Part shown: piece after piece, positions 21,865 through 34,608 of the stretch
Layout: the number at the start of each line of letters is the position of its first letter
How positions within the stretch are numbered: the first letter of the stretch is position 1
Origin: Leucoraja erinacea
Lineage: Eukaryota
DNA length: 64,000 nt
Direction: 5' to 3'
Assembly: GCF_028641065.1 (NCBI RefSeq)
Contig: NC_073382.1
Span: 27,032,001 to 27,096,000, forward strand
Translations under genes and position numbers: made by a program
The notes under the pieces: generated by a model
The model's input: the letters and a program-made list of their open reading frames with translations, nothing else
Told to the model about the DNA's origin: nothing
Databases searched by the model: none

Positions 21865-22490
21865 TGATCACCCAGGCCACTGAGGTGAAAAGTTTTCGCT
21901 CTTCAACCATGCTTTTGATAATTCTTTAATGGTTTTGGACTCTTACACTCACCTTTCATTCATCTGTCTCTCCCACTGCCACACTGAACTAGCCAAGACC
22001 AGCTAAGACCACAAATCACATTACTGCCAGCTCCCGAATGCAAAATTTAATTATTTTCCTCTGAACATCACGGCCTCCGATCGGCACAACCCTCTGAAGT
22101 CTCTCTAATGGGCTCAGCTCCCAATTTTCTACCTTCAATGTCCTGATCACCCAAGCCACTGATGCCAAAGTCCCCTGCACCTAAAGTCTCACAAAGACAC
22201 AATCGTACTTCAACAACTGATCTCCACCTAAAACATTGGATTGGGCCAGACTCTCAACTTGTTTATCCTCTGAAGTGTCCTAAAATTTCCAATGTTCCTT
22301 TAACCCAGCTCAAAAGATCCCTAATCATTGTTGACGTTCAAAGCCCTAACCCTACCTCAATTATTCCAACCTATTATTTCCCTCATCCAACCCAGCAGCT
22401 ATCTAACTTTCCCTGCCCCCACTCCTGTTCCAAGGCTAAACTAATTAACCTTAATTCACAGTTCTCCCTGGACATTCTCACCATTGGAAG
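21865..22490 (+). repeat. Possible degraded L2-type LINE fragment
   Basis: C/T-rich coding-like composition typical of L2 sense strand; no clear motif recovered. Confidence 0.3.
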
Positions 22491-23139
22491 CAAAACAATG
22501 CTCATCAGTGTTTTAGAAGTTTCCATGGTTAGACATACTAATGAAAGCAGCACTGTTGGTGCAATCATGCCTAAAGTTGAGTGAATCTGGAAATCAATTT
22601 AGGGCCAACTCCTTTGTTCACAAGTACTAGTATATGTTTCTCGCAAAGTACAGCCAAATATAATGCATTGGAGAAATGTTAAATACAGATGGGTTTTACA
22701 ATATTGTTATTATGCAACAAAATATTGAGCTAATTTGAGTCAAAAGATCTGTTTGACCCTAGGTTGATTTTATGCATCAAAACCGTTATCATCCACCACT
22801 GACTCAGTAATGATGTGTTGGTAAGTGAAATACATAACCTAACTGGTTGCTACCTATGAAGTTGTAATGCCTTCAGAGGCCAGGCCAGATCAATTCCCAC
22901 CCACAAAATGAGAGGAAATAATTCTGCCAGATGTGTCAAAGCTGTCACAGATTTTGAATGCTTGTAAGTGTGGCTGGCATTTGGAAATATTAGAAACAAT
23001 AATTAAACATTCTTTTTAAAAATACTATTTAAAAATATGTTTGGAACACTCAAATTATTAAAATGGTAAAGGAAACAAAATTGTTTTGATGATAATGTTG
23101 GCAACTACTCTATCCTCTTCCCCATCTTGGGGAACAGCT

Positions 23140-23445
23140 GGGCGGCACAGTGGCAGAGCTGCTGCCTTACAGCTCCATAGACCTGGGTTCCATCCTGACT
23201 ATGGTGATGACTGTATGGAAATTGTACATTCTCCATGTGACTGCGTGGGTTTTCTCCAGGTGCTTTGGTTTCCTCCTACACTCCAAAGACATGCAGGTTT
23301 ACATTTTAATTGGCTTCTGTAAATTATCCCTAGTGTGTAGGATAGTGCTAGTGTACATGGTGATCATGGGTCGGCGTGGACTCGGTAGGCTGAAGGGCCT
23401 GTCGTATCTCACGCCGTATCTCTAAAGTCTAAAGTAAAGTAAAGT
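23140..23445 (+). mobile_element. V-SINE (HE1-like)
   Basis: gggcggcacagtggcagagctgctgccttacagctccatagacctgggttccatcctg head, core, (taaag)n tail. Confidence 0.85.
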
Positions 23446-23704
23446 CCTTCCATTGTTCCTCAATCCAACAATTTTGCTTCCTGTTCTTATTTCATGTCTC
23501 ACTCATGTTCAAAGGGCAGAGACCCCAGTGTAACTGATGGAGGGTCACAGGAAGTTACTGGTCTGTGTGAAGCACAATCAGGATGGGGCCTGGCAGTTGG
23601 CGAACAAGTTCAGAATTCCCACAACCATCCAAGATGAAAAATTCCCAATGCTTACATGGATAAAAGCTAGCAATTTAACACGAAGAAGCAGGCATTTTCC
23701 GTCA

Positions 23705-23790
23705 AGATCAGCCATGATCATATTGAATGGCGGTGCAGGCTCGAAGGGCAGAATGGCCTATTCCTGCACCTATTTTCTATGTTTCTATGT
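23705..23790 (+). repeat. CR1 3' terminus (very short insertion)
   Basis: gatcagccatgatcatattgaatggcggtgcaggctcgaaggg...ttctatgtttctatgt. Confidence 0.85.
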
Positions 23791-24104
23791 AAGATCCCCT
23801 TATACCATAGTATACTAAATTCTAAAATACCAAAGATCCCCTTGTACAAAAAATATTCCATATCTCTCCAGAGATGCTGCCTGTCCTGCTAAGTTACTTC
23901 AGTATTTTGTGTCTACCCTTATAACTAGAGCCAGGATGTTTAGGCACGAAAAATCTCTGAAATTGGCAGGCAAAATTAGGCATAATAAAATATAAAAAAA
24001 GGCCTAAAAAAGGCAGTGATTGACATAAATAAGCATGTATTTCCACCACCAAACTATGGTTAAAAATGTTAATATAAAGGTAAACTACATTAAAAAAAAC
24101 CAAA

Positions 24105-25370
24105 GTTGCCTGTTTGTACATAATTACTAGCATTATTTTCAAATTGTCTGGTGTTAAACTATGCCGCCTGTCAGACAGAATATGCTTCAGTTGTGAAAAA
24201 CTTATTTCTACCGCAGCTGAGATCACTGGTGCATACCCGAAACAAGCTACAGACTTAATATTCATGTTGATATCTTGTGCATTACAACTACCTTTGAGAA
24301 CTTTAGGTATGTTTTGTATTTCTTCAAGATCGTTGTTAGCTAAAATCACTCTCTCACATTTTCCTTGTATGTCTTTACCTACATCGCCAGGAACTTTACG
24401 AATATCATCAGTTACTTTGTTTAAAACCTGCAAGTTATTCACTAATGTTTCACTCATTTCTCAAGGGAAGTGATAGCTTGTGGGAACTTTGCAAAATTGG
24501 AAGCAATAAACAAAAGATCGCGTTGGAGGGACTTTTTCAAAATTTGCAGCATAGTAGAGTACAGCAGAGAGCCATGTACCCCACCTAGTCAAAACGAGGC
24601 TGAGGAGGTAGCGGAATCTCGGGTGCCATTTCCTTGAACAACTGCACACGTGATTGTGCTTTGAGGAAGATTTTCTTGACATTGGAAACTAGGCGATCGA
24701 CATTTGGAAACAAGCTACGTTTGTGCTTGGCAATTCTGAGTTGGATGATCAGCCATGATCATATTGAATGGCGGTGCAGGCTCGAAGGGCCGAATGGCCT
24801 ACTCCTGCACCTAATTTCTATGTTTCTATGTTTCTATGAAGTCCTTGAGCTAAGCATGTCAAATGCAACCTTTTAGGGAATAAAACTTTAAGAGCATGAC
24901 CAGCTTTTTTTCATGTATGGGGCTGCATCAGTCACCAAACAGAAGAACATTCTCGTGTTTTACACCTTCTGACCAAAGTACAACAAGTGAAGAATTAAAC
25001 AACTGAGCAATAGATGAGCTGTTTGACCTCTCCAATACTTCTGATGTCAACAAATACTCCATTGATGGTTGACCTGCCTCCAGTGTACTGATGACCACAT
25101 TGACAACATATCTCCCCACAGCATTGGTTGTCTCGTCTATTGAGATCCATATTTTGTTGCTTGCAACTTAATCTCTAATTTTCTGCACAACAATGTTGAA
25201 GTTGCTGTCAACATCATTTTTCCGTAATGATGACTCGCTTGGTATATGTTCCTCTGTGTATTTCTCTAAGAAACCTCTGAGAGATTTGTTTTCCTATTAC
25301 CACAGTGGAATTCCAGCATCAATGAATGCCTTTCATAGATCACTCGAAAATTCAATTTGTGACTGGAGCC
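24105..25370 (-). pseudogene. hAT transposase pseudogene (CGGBP1/DUF659-like, with C-terminal dimerisation motif)
   Basis: Manual translation: EFSSDL*KAFIDAGIPLW**ENKSLRGFLEKYTEEHIPSESSLRKN...KIWISIDETTNAVGRYVVNVVI...NVLLFGDAAPY...LTRWGTWLSAVLYYA...FGYAPVISAAVEISFSQLKHILSDRRHSLTPDNLKIMLVI; stops, frameshifts and insertions. Confidence 0.85.
24737..24838 (+). repeat. CR1 3' terminus inserted in the hAT transposase
   Basis: Near-identical to 62524-62624. Confidence 0.9.
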
Positions 25371-25403
25371 AGCTGTAAATGTAGTGAGGAGACAAGCTTG
25401 GGT

Positions 25404-25702
25404 ATTTTGCTTGGGTAATCTGGGTTGACCCCAGCAGTATCAACATTGACTTCTCTAATTTTAGATAACCCTTGTCTTCTCCCTCCTCCCCCTCCCCCTT
25501 CCCAGCTCTCCTTCGTGTCCTACTGTCTCTGCCTCTTCCTTTCTTTTACCCGCCCCCCTATCCCCACATCAGTCTGAAGAAGGGTCTCGACCCGAAATGT
25601 CGCCTATTCCTTCGCTCCATAAATGCTGCCTCACCCGCTGAGTTTCTCCTGCATTTTTTGTCTACCTTCCATTTTTCCAGCATCTGTAGCTCTTTCTTAA
25701 AT
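25404..25702 (+). mobile_element. Penelope 3' end (GIY-YIG tail, UTR, hammerhead-like core) inserted in the hAT
   Basis: cccagcagtatcaacattgacttctctaattttagataa (PSSINIDFSNFR*); ctgaagaagggtctcgacccgaaatgtc at 25574-25601. Confidence 0.8.
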
Positions 25703-26118
25703 AGGAGAAGACTGAACCAGTGGGCAGCGGTACGAATACAATGAACGACCAACGGTGGCGGAAATTTTCTTGTAAGTTGTATTATGTTAACACGTTATTA
25801 ATAACTAATATTAACGTGTTAACATAGAAAACGTCATTGTTATAACGGTACAACTAGAGAAAATAGCAAGACCTTTTAGTAAAACAGCAAAAAGCTGATT
25901 TATGCTGATCGATAAAAAAGGCATTATCCTGGTGAAATCATCAAAAAAGGCATGAAAAGGCACAAGGCATTTATGGCAAAATCCTGTCTCTACTTATAAC
26001 AAAGATTGGATCTGATTTACAATCAGATCCATTCTTCCAGCTACTTGGTGCAGCAAATCACTCAGTGATTTTCTTCTCTAAATCCAACACCATTAGGCAA
26101 GGTGGAACATTGCAGCAT

Positions 26119-26414
26119 GGGCGGCGCGGTGTTGCAGTGATAGAGTTGCTGCCTCACAGTGCCAGAGACCCAGGTTCGATCCTGACCACGGGTGCTGTCT
26201 GTACAGAGTTTGTACATTCTCCCCATGATCCATGTGGGTTTTCTCCGAGATCTTCGGTTTCCTCCCACACTTCAAAGAGTTAGGTTAATTGGCTTGGTAT
26301 AAATGTAAAATTGTCCTCGGTGTGTGTAGGGTAGTGTTAGTGTGTTCGGGTTGCTGGTCGGTGCGGACTCGGTGGGCCGAAGGGCCTGTTTCCGCGCTGT
26401 ATCTCTGAACTAAA
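26119..26414 (+). mobile_element. V-SINE (HE1-like)
   Basis: gggcggcgcggtgttgcagtgatagagttgctgcctcacagtgccagagacccaggttcgatcctg; core; tail. Confidence 0.88.
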
Positions 26415-28547
26415 ATCTTGAGCATAAAACCTTGGGGGAAGCACTGGCAAAGCACAGGGAACCACATTAGTGAAGCTTTACATAAATTGCTCTGCATGAC
26501 TGTCTTTCTTTCCAACCATTTCTCAAGTGTTATCAGGAACAATATTCCAAGCTCCCCTTCCAGCAACACTGAACGCTCCTCACTTTTTGTCAGCCAGGAA
26601 ACCTAATTCTTGTTGCAATCCATAATGGTAATACAATTGCGACATTTGAGAATCATTCTGGGAGTTTAAAGTAAGATTGCCCTATTCCATAAGCACATTT
26701 ATAAATAATTATAAACATTAGATTATTAATAATGATGTATGTTTTAAAAATAATGTTCCAAAATAGAATTGAATACTATTGGTGACGATAAGGGATAAAC
26801 GCACCCACAAATTTGCTTTGCCTTATAGGGTCATTGCTCCTTTAAAATGGAAGACAGTATTGCTACTACCACGGACACCAGCGGTATACCATAGTGATTC
26901 CCAGTGCTTTGCATCCACTAGAGTTAAAGACGGTATCAACAACCATCGCAGATGCAAAGGTACTATTCTCCCAACAGATCCAATGCAAATTGCACCAGGA
27001 AAGGGTCTGATGTTAAAATATATCTCAACAGACAGCAACATATTTGTAATTGTAATGCTAAGCATGTGGGCACAGAGAAAGGATGTGAATGTAATTCTAC
27101 ACGTCCTGTCTTATTTAAAATCTTTCAGCAACAATAAATTCAACATAATCTAATGTCAAATCTAATGCTTTAACTAGATCATTGTCATGATCAAACCTGG
27201 TGAGCAACCTAGCCGGATCATTTTAATAATTAATTTGGAACATTATATTCATGCAACTGAGCCTTTTGAAAAGTAAATAAGTGAGTGAATTTGGTTTAAG
27301 GTTGCTTCTGATGCCACTGAACTGGAACTTGATTTTTGTGTAATCTTTGAAATCTATTTCTATATTTATAATTTGAAAATAACAGAGGATAAAAAGTCTT
27401 GAAATGAACAACAAATGCTATTTATACAAATGGAATGAACTGCATAAAACAAAAGGATATTTCCAGAATGGATATCATTGGAATAACAGTTAATTATTAT
27501 AAGATGTTGACAATAATGAAGTGAAGATCAGGTGTCATTATTAGATCTGGCAGTGTGGAGGAATGAGGGATCTGAGCTAATAAACATAAAAGCAACGCAC
27601 AGCATTTTCTTAAAAATCCAGGATAATAAACGAAATTCAAAGGTCATACGTCTGAAAATATAACTGTTTCTCTCCCGCAGATGCTGCCTCTCCTGATATA
27701 ATGGTAACTAATATGCAACCTTGCTGAAGATAGACAGTTCAGTCATTTTACTTACTTCTAAGATATCGGCATATAATAATATGAGGTCATTTGACCTTTA
27801 AACGACAGGTGTATAGAAAAATCTGCCTGACTTCCTTTCCCAATTAAATCTTTGGAAGAGACTGTTCCAAGGGTGTATAATGGGCTGAATGTTTTTATAT
27901 GATAATTAAAATAATCAGCTTTAAAACCATTACTGTATAGACTAGGGTTTAAAAGTAATATGCGCATATCACTATAATTACATTTTACTGGAGTCCTTTA
28001 TATCGTAAAACATTGTTTTACAGATGATGAAAGACATAAGCTTTGAGAATACTTGCAAAGCTATTAAATGTTATCAGCCCTGTTGATATATTGTAAAGGA
28101 GAAATGTTTCACCTGTTCCAATAATGTTTAACTTGATATATTAAAATGTAACTGTACAGAATATTACAATTAATGAAACATTTTGCCCATTAGATAGGAT
28201 ACACCAAATCTAGCAAAGTGTTATTTAGTTGTTGAAATTAAGTCTTCTTAATTCTCACTCTCTGTTATTTTAGAGAATTAATTTATACATTGGAATAACT
28301 CCCTCAGCTGATTCCATGTTGGGATGCCAAGGAATATATCATAGCCTGTATGATTGTGTAAATGGTTATAGAATGATTGTACAATAGAAAGTCAGCAGAC
28401 TGTTTGTCATTAGCCCAAAGGCTGGTGAAACCAGGAAAGAAAGCCTGCCAACACCCTTCCATCCACTTTTCTCTCCCACACAATGTCAGCTGGCTGTTTA
28501 ACTGTAGCGGGGTTAACACAGTCAAATCCAATGTACGATTGAGGCAA

Positions 28548-29065
28548 AAGAGACTTCAGTTGCTGGAAACGAGCAGAAAAGCTACTGGAAGATTTTCACA
28601 GGTCAAGAAGCATCTGTGCAGTTAAATGAATAGTCAAAGTTTCATGTTGAAATCCTGCACTAGGACTGAAATTGTAGAGGGACGATAGCCAGTATATCGA
28701 AGTGAGTAGAAGGGGGAAGAGGTGCGACAGAGCTGGTAGGTTATAGGTGGAACCAGATGATGGGGAGATAATAGAGAACTGGAGCAGGGGTGAGGCGGGA
28801 GGGGTTGAAGTCGGTGGAGGGGGGGGTGGGGGATAAATGTTGACACAGAGGCCAGTAGGTTGTACGGGAAACAGATAAGTGGGAGAGGAAGTAAAAGAAG
28901 ACAGATGGAACAGGGAAGTAGGAAGGTATGTATTTCGCCACCCTCTCACTTCTATGTGCTGGCCACCATCCCTCTACACTCTCATTGCTGATGCAGGGTC
29001 TTGGCCTGAAACATCAACCATCCCTTTGTTTCTGCAGATGCTGCTTGACCGATTGAGCAACTCCA
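28548..29065. mobile_element. Penelope-derived inverted pair with purine-rich spacer
   Basis: Antisense repeat 28548-28670, purine-rich UTR, then sense ctgatgcagggtcttggcctgaaacatc...cagatgctgcttgaccgattgagcaactcca at 28988-29065. Confidence 0.6.
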
Positions 29066-29917
29066 ATGTAATACCATCCTCACAAGCTAATAAACTGGCT
29101 TACTTACCAGTGTACAGCTGGAATAGTTTGCCATTTTCCTTAACCAACCTGTATATTCTTTGCAGTCAACTACTTTAATGTGATGGTTAACTCACAACAT
29201 GCAAAATTGCTAGAACTGAGATTTTTTTTTATCTATAGGTCTGTTTAGGAAAATAAATGTTTGTTCTTTTTCTTTCTCTGATTTCAAAGAATTTAAACTA
29301 ATTATTGAGAACCTCAGACTTCACCTTGCCTATCTGTCAACTATCATTAAAAACTTACTCTACAATTCTCGATAGCAGAGCCGGGATTTTGACCTATTCA
29401 AGTGAACATTTGCTTAATAAATGTTCGCAAGACCAACAGTACAGAGTGAAAAATACTGAATGGCAGTAAATTATTAACTTTGTCACAGAGGGAGTGCCAT
29501 TTATGACTTTTCAGAATGAGTTATTATGTGAATCATCATATAATTATGAATGTTTCTTGCCATGATAGGGGAAAATTGAATATTTAATATTTTATAGACA
29601 TATTCTGCACTGAGGACATCTTTAAAATTTTTATGATAATTTTCAGCACAGCGAGGATGAAACAAAAGTTGTAAAGCCATCACAAGGTAGAACAGTTAAT
29701 CTTTATTGACCACTGAAGATATTACTGCAGATTTCATTCTGCATAAAGTCATGAGTGAAATTTATTAGGTTTCCACCCCGACCTGAAACTATCTGTTTTA
29801 ACCTACTTGCTGGTAACATTTATTCATTTTAAAAAACATAAGAAATAGGGATATAATTGAAATTAAAAACTTGTGAACTCAGCTGACTAAACATAGTATT
29901 TCATGCCAACTTACTTT

Positions 29918-30020
29918 ACCTTGCTTTCAGCTCTCTGAGGCCTAAATAGTGGAATTCTCATCCTAATCTGCTCTATATTTTCACCTCTCCTTCTGAGACT
30001 CTTCTTAATCTATCTCTTGT
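29918..30020 (+). repeat. L2-type LINE 3' end
   Basis: gctttcagctctctgaggcctaaatagtggaattctcatcctaa...ctccttctgagactcttcttaatctatctctt; similar piece near 38015-38110. Confidence 0.45.
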
Positions 30021-31339
30021 CTTGCTGTGTCAATTGTTGACCTACTGAGCTCCTTTGATACACGTGATGTACACAAGATAGTCATTTGATTCACAGCACT
30101 ATTACCATTTTTAACATTGACTCTTGCTGTATATTTCAGTAGCATGAAGTCTATGCCTTGGGTTCAACAGAAATGTGTTTCTACTAAAATGCAATGGAAA
30201 GCATATACCTGGTGTACTAAGATTGGACCTGATAGATTTGGAGGTAAGGGCTAACTCCTAGATAATGAGAGATTAGGGCTGAGTCACTGTGAGAAATAAG
30301 TAGCCAATTGTGTTACGTTTCAATGATGTTTGAGGCCGAGATTTGAGCACTTGGGGATTGTGGAAGTGGAAAGAACTTCTTGAAAGATGTAAATCATTTT
30401 GGGAGTGGAACAACTTCAAAAAAGGTATGAACTTGATGGCAAATTGGTACATTGCCAGTAAGTAGGTGGCGATTAGAACATCAGGATCCCAGGGGTTTGC
30501 TAGATTAGGAGCTGTGGGCTGATCAGAGGTTGTGGAATAGGCAGGGTAATGTGTGATTGGAAGGTATTGTAATATTAAAATGGCCTCTGATGGGGAGGAC
30601 TTCAGTGCATGGAGCAGGTCACACTTTCAGCAGATTGGAAGGTTGTTGGAGTTGGGGTGAAGAAAATAGTACCCTGGGTGATCGAAGAAAATGTTGCTGA
30701 ATGATCAAGGTCAGTAGATAAGGTAAGGGACTTGTCTTGCAGGGATTCAATCCAGAGCAGTGTTAATGACACATGGTCCACCTGGAAATGTCATCATTGT
30801 TTCGACAACTTTGTCTAATTCTCCCAAAAGTAGTTTTGCGCAGGGAATGATATCATTCCATTTGCGAGTCATGGAAAAGTCACATCATCGGTGCAAAGAT
30901 GATTCATACAAGGATGAGTTTGGTCTAATGTCCAAACTGATGCAAAGGTCAGGGGACAGGAAGTGTTTGTTTTTTAATTTCAATTGTATAATGCTTAAAC
31001 AACAGAATTACATTTGTAAGCCATTGTCAAGGGCAGGTTATGTTTGTTTGTACTCTATACTTGTAATGTATAATGCACTATGAAAAAAAATAATATTTTA
31101 TTCTATTTCTGTAGCTGCAGCATTTCGCAACTCTGTCAGTGATCTCTTTGACCTGAATCTTTATGAGAAAGTGAGGACAATGAGGGGGGAGTGAAAGGTC
31201 AGGGGACAGGAAGTGGAAGTGGATCCAGGAGAGGGAGGAAATGTGAAGTCAGATAAATGGGTACAAGAAGAGGGGGAGAGGGGGGGGGGGGGGGGATAAG
31301 AAAAAAATAATACAGGCAGGGCATGGTGCTGATGGTAAA

Positions 31340-31375
<36 letters not shown>

Positions 31376-31435
31376 GGGTCAAGAGCAGGAGTAAATAGTG
31401 AGGAGTAACTGGAAAGGAAATACTATCCTTCATTT

Positions 31436-32270
31436 ATGAGGCTAGAATTCCTGGGCATTAACATCTCAAATGATCTGTCCTGGGCCCAACACAGATGTAA
31501 TCACATGGAATGCATGGAAGTACTTCTACTTTCTCATGGGTTCAATGAGATTCAGCATATCATTGACTACTCCAACACATTTCTACAGATATACTGTAGA
31601 AAGTATCTTGACTGGTTGCATTGTGGGGTTGCATGGTACAGCAGTTCTAATGCACAGGAATGCAAGTGGCTGGAGAGTGTGTTGGGCTCAGCTCGCTGTA
31701 ACACTGGGACAGCCCTTCCCACTTTTAAAAGCATCTACATGGGATGCTGCCTTAAGAAGCTGGCATATATAATCAAGGATCCCACCCGTCCAGGCAATGC
31801 CCTCTTGCTAGTGATACCATCGGGCAGGTAATACAGAAACAGCTACTTTCCTGCAAATCCATACAACCCAAATCTTACCATGGAACACTGACCTCCCCCC
31901 ACCCCAACCATCAAAGGGATTTACAGGAGACTGCCTCAAAAAGATGGCCAGCATCGTCACCCACACTCTCACACTTCACTCCTGCCACCGGGAAGAAGGT
32001 ATCGGAGCCTGAAAACTGTAACATCCAATTTCTGGAGCAGATTCTACCCAATAATCATCAGGTTATTAAACACTACAACCTCCAACTAAGCTCCAAACTA
32101 CATTGACTTGGGGGCATTATTTCAGTTATTTTTGTCTTTGCATTATTATTGTTACTGAACATTTTTGTTGTCTACTATGTTGTTTACAGAGTACTATGGT
32201 TACATATCTGTTGTACAACAGCAAGTAAGAAATTCATTGTTCTGTTTCTGAGACATATGACAATAAAACA
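31436..32270 (+). mobile_element. Rex1/Babar LINE 3' fragments (RT C-terminal pseudogene plus tail)
   Basis: FLGINISNDLSW and HFYRYTVESILTGCI, IIKDPT.PG..L...PSGR motifs in ORFs 31436-31831 and 31470-31772; tail aattcattgttctg...acatatgacaataaa; a second tail at ~32330-32440. Confidence 0.75.
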
Positions 32271-32514
32271 CGATTTTTTTGGATTTTTTTTTACTGCCTC
32301 GCAGAATTTATGTGCATTTTTTGTATAAATTATGTATGTTATGGCTTTGTGTATTTGTCTGAGTCTATGTGCCTGTTGCATGCAAGATTTTCATCAAACT
32401 GATACCTCACTGTACGCGTGCATATGACAATAAACTTGACGACGAGTATTAGGATGTTATTTGATTGGAACTCATGGCATCCAAGACGGATCCAAATGCC
32501 TAGAACCATTGAGA

Positions 32515-32810
32515 CGTATAGCATGGAAACAAACCCTTGACTGCATTAATTTCATCTCGGCCATCAACCGCTCATTTACACTCATCCTTCATTAATCCCA
32601 GCATTTCTTCTCGCATTCTCATCAGCTCCTCCTTGCTTCTACCACTCTCCTACACACTAGGGGGTAATCTAAAGTGGGAGGAAACTGGTGCACCCAAAGG
32701 AAACACTCAACCTCACAGGGAAATGTGCAAACTCCACACAATCAGCAGCCAAGGTCAAAATTGAACTCTGGTCTCTGACAGTATGAGGCAGCAGCTCAAC
32801 AAGCACTCCA
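32515..32810 (-). mobile_element. V-SINE (HE1-like), degenerate
   Basis: gtatagcatggaaacaaaccc...gtgggaggaaactggtgcaccc...tgaggcagcagctc antisense. Confidence 0.7.
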
Positions 32811-33093
32811 TAAAGACCACTTGGAATTGATTTTAGCACTGGGAAGCTAATTGGTGTATTACTATGGTGCAAGGTGCTGAGGTCAAATCAAATGATGTGC
32901 CCATTACCTAAGTAACTAACAGAGCAAGGCCCAGGCATTAAACCCTAGGATGTTCTTCTTGCATTTTCAACAACATGAATGATGGTTTATTTTATAAAAT
33001 AAAACCAATAGCATGTTTAATAGGCTGCATCGTCACCTGACTAGCGACAGAAAAAGCAAATATCTGCCTATGAAACATAATTGACGATTCCTC

Positions 33094-33201
33094 GGGGGTG
33101 GTTTTAACCTAATCCCAAGTCAATGAAAAGTAAAACTGGGTAGGATCTAAAACATAATCCTATCAGTTTCCCACCGGTCTGGCTATCTTAAAACAATCCC
33201 C
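33094..33201. repeat. Possible small MITE relic
   Basis: Imperfect terminal inverted repeats gggggtggttttaac / cttaaaacaatcccc; no clear TSD. Confidence 0.3.
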
Positions 33202-34342
33202 ATAGTTTTGATTGATTTACTATGTGTTTGTGCACTTAGAGAAGAAGGAAAACAAAATCTCGTAATCCCTTTCCAGTGGTTTATCTGGATCGGGCTCTTT
33301 CTGAAGGGTTCATATGATGGTTATTCATGATCATAATTTTTCTCTGTTTTTCTCCTTCATTCTGCATTTTTCCCAATACTCTCCCACCCTCATCTGAAAA
33401 AGTCAACAGTTTGAAGCCAGTTTTCTCTAATTGCTGCTGTTTCCCAACAAATGTCATAGCCATTAATATTCTTCCATTCTTGTTTTAACTACCCCACCCC
33501 TCCCAGTTTTATATCCAAAGATAGATCATGTTCAACTTAGTGACCAGGAATAATAATACAGTAATGGAATAATTGAATGAGGCAGAGTTAAAAGTAAGGG
33601 TACATGGCAGCACCTCCAGGAAGTCGGTGTGAAAGATTAGCTCAGGAGTTTGATAACAGAGGGGAAAAATCAGTTCTTAATTATGGTCATCAAAGCTTTC
33701 TAGGTAAGCAGTATAGAAATTATTATTTTTTTAATATAATGTTTATATATATATAACTGAAAGCTCAGACACCTAAGAATATAAAACGTAATCATATATT
33801 AGGGTGAAGGGACTGTTACATTGCTGGTGATATGAATGACTCGGAACCTGAAGCTGTCAACTATCTCTACAGTAGCTCCAGTGATGAGGGTTGTGTTCCA
33901 TCCACTGCTTCCTACTACTCCATCCATTCATTGACACTTGTTATCCCACTATATTCATGTGAGCAGTAAACAAATATATTCAGGAGCTATCGGTAATGCA
34001 AAAAATTAGTAATCAATAGAATGTTCAGTGATTATCTTTACATATGAGCAGCAATTGGTGATTGAACTGGTGATTGAACTTAAGAGAAGGTTTAGTTCCC
34101 TTGGACAGATTCTTCATCAATGTATGATCCTTCCGTGAACTGAGTGTTCAAATGAAATGCTTATTCACTTAAATTCTACAGAAATCTGGCTTCAAAAAAT
34201 AACTTGCAGAGATTGGTTGTTACATCACTTGAATTCAAATGTAAAACTTCATTCCCTGTAGTTAGTAAGTGAAAGTTTGAATTGTGCATTAAAACATGAT
34301 CATAACCTTATTTAACAAAATAAAATGCTAGATAATATGAAC

Positions 34343-34445
34343 ACAAGGAACTGCAGATGCTGGAATCTTGAGCAAAATGCAAAGTACTGGAGTAGCTCAA
34401 TGGGTCAGGCAACATCTGTGGAGGGAATGGATAGGCAATATTTTG
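34343..34445 (-). mobile_element. Penelope 3' repeat fragment
   Basis: acaaggaactgcagatgctggaatcttgagcaaaatgcaaagtactggagtagctcaatgggtcaggcaacatctgtggagggaatggataggc. Confidence 0.7.
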
Positions 34446-34520
34446 ATGATGGTTAAATAGTTATAATTGTGTTGACTCTAGTGGGTATCAACTGACATGT
34501 TGAACAAAAGACTCCAAACT

Positions 34521-34608
34521 GAAGAAGGGTTTTGGCCCGAAACGTTACCTATTCCCTTCGCTCCATAGATGCTGCTGCACCCGCTGAGTTTCTCCAGCAT
34601 TTTTGTGT
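34521..34608 (+). mobile_element. 88-bp Penelope-derived mini-insertion starting in the hammerhead-like core
   Basis: Flanked by perfect 11-bp direct repeat GACTCCAAACT (34510-34520, 34609-34619); core (ct)gaagaa-ggg-ttttgg-ccc-gaaacgtt. Confidence 0.8.

Larger units (their letters stand above)
23926..25992 (-). mobile_element. hAT DNA transposon with both ends preserved
   Basis: 8-bp TSD CTTATAAC (23918-23925, 25993-26000); TIRs TAGAGCCAGGAT / ATCCTGTCTCTA (11/12); internal transposase relic. Confidence 0.9.

Noticed and set aside
26779-27153. 124-aa ORF and possible 131-bp exon (26829-26959)
   Set aside because: Weak donor (GTACTA) and no recognisable protein; more likely non-coding.
31270-31380. 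Long poly-G runs as a functional G-quadruplex or polyproline ORF (31161-31433)
   Set aside because: Lies in purine-rich, probably Penelope-derived UTR sequence; homopolymer lengths are unreliable in assemblies.
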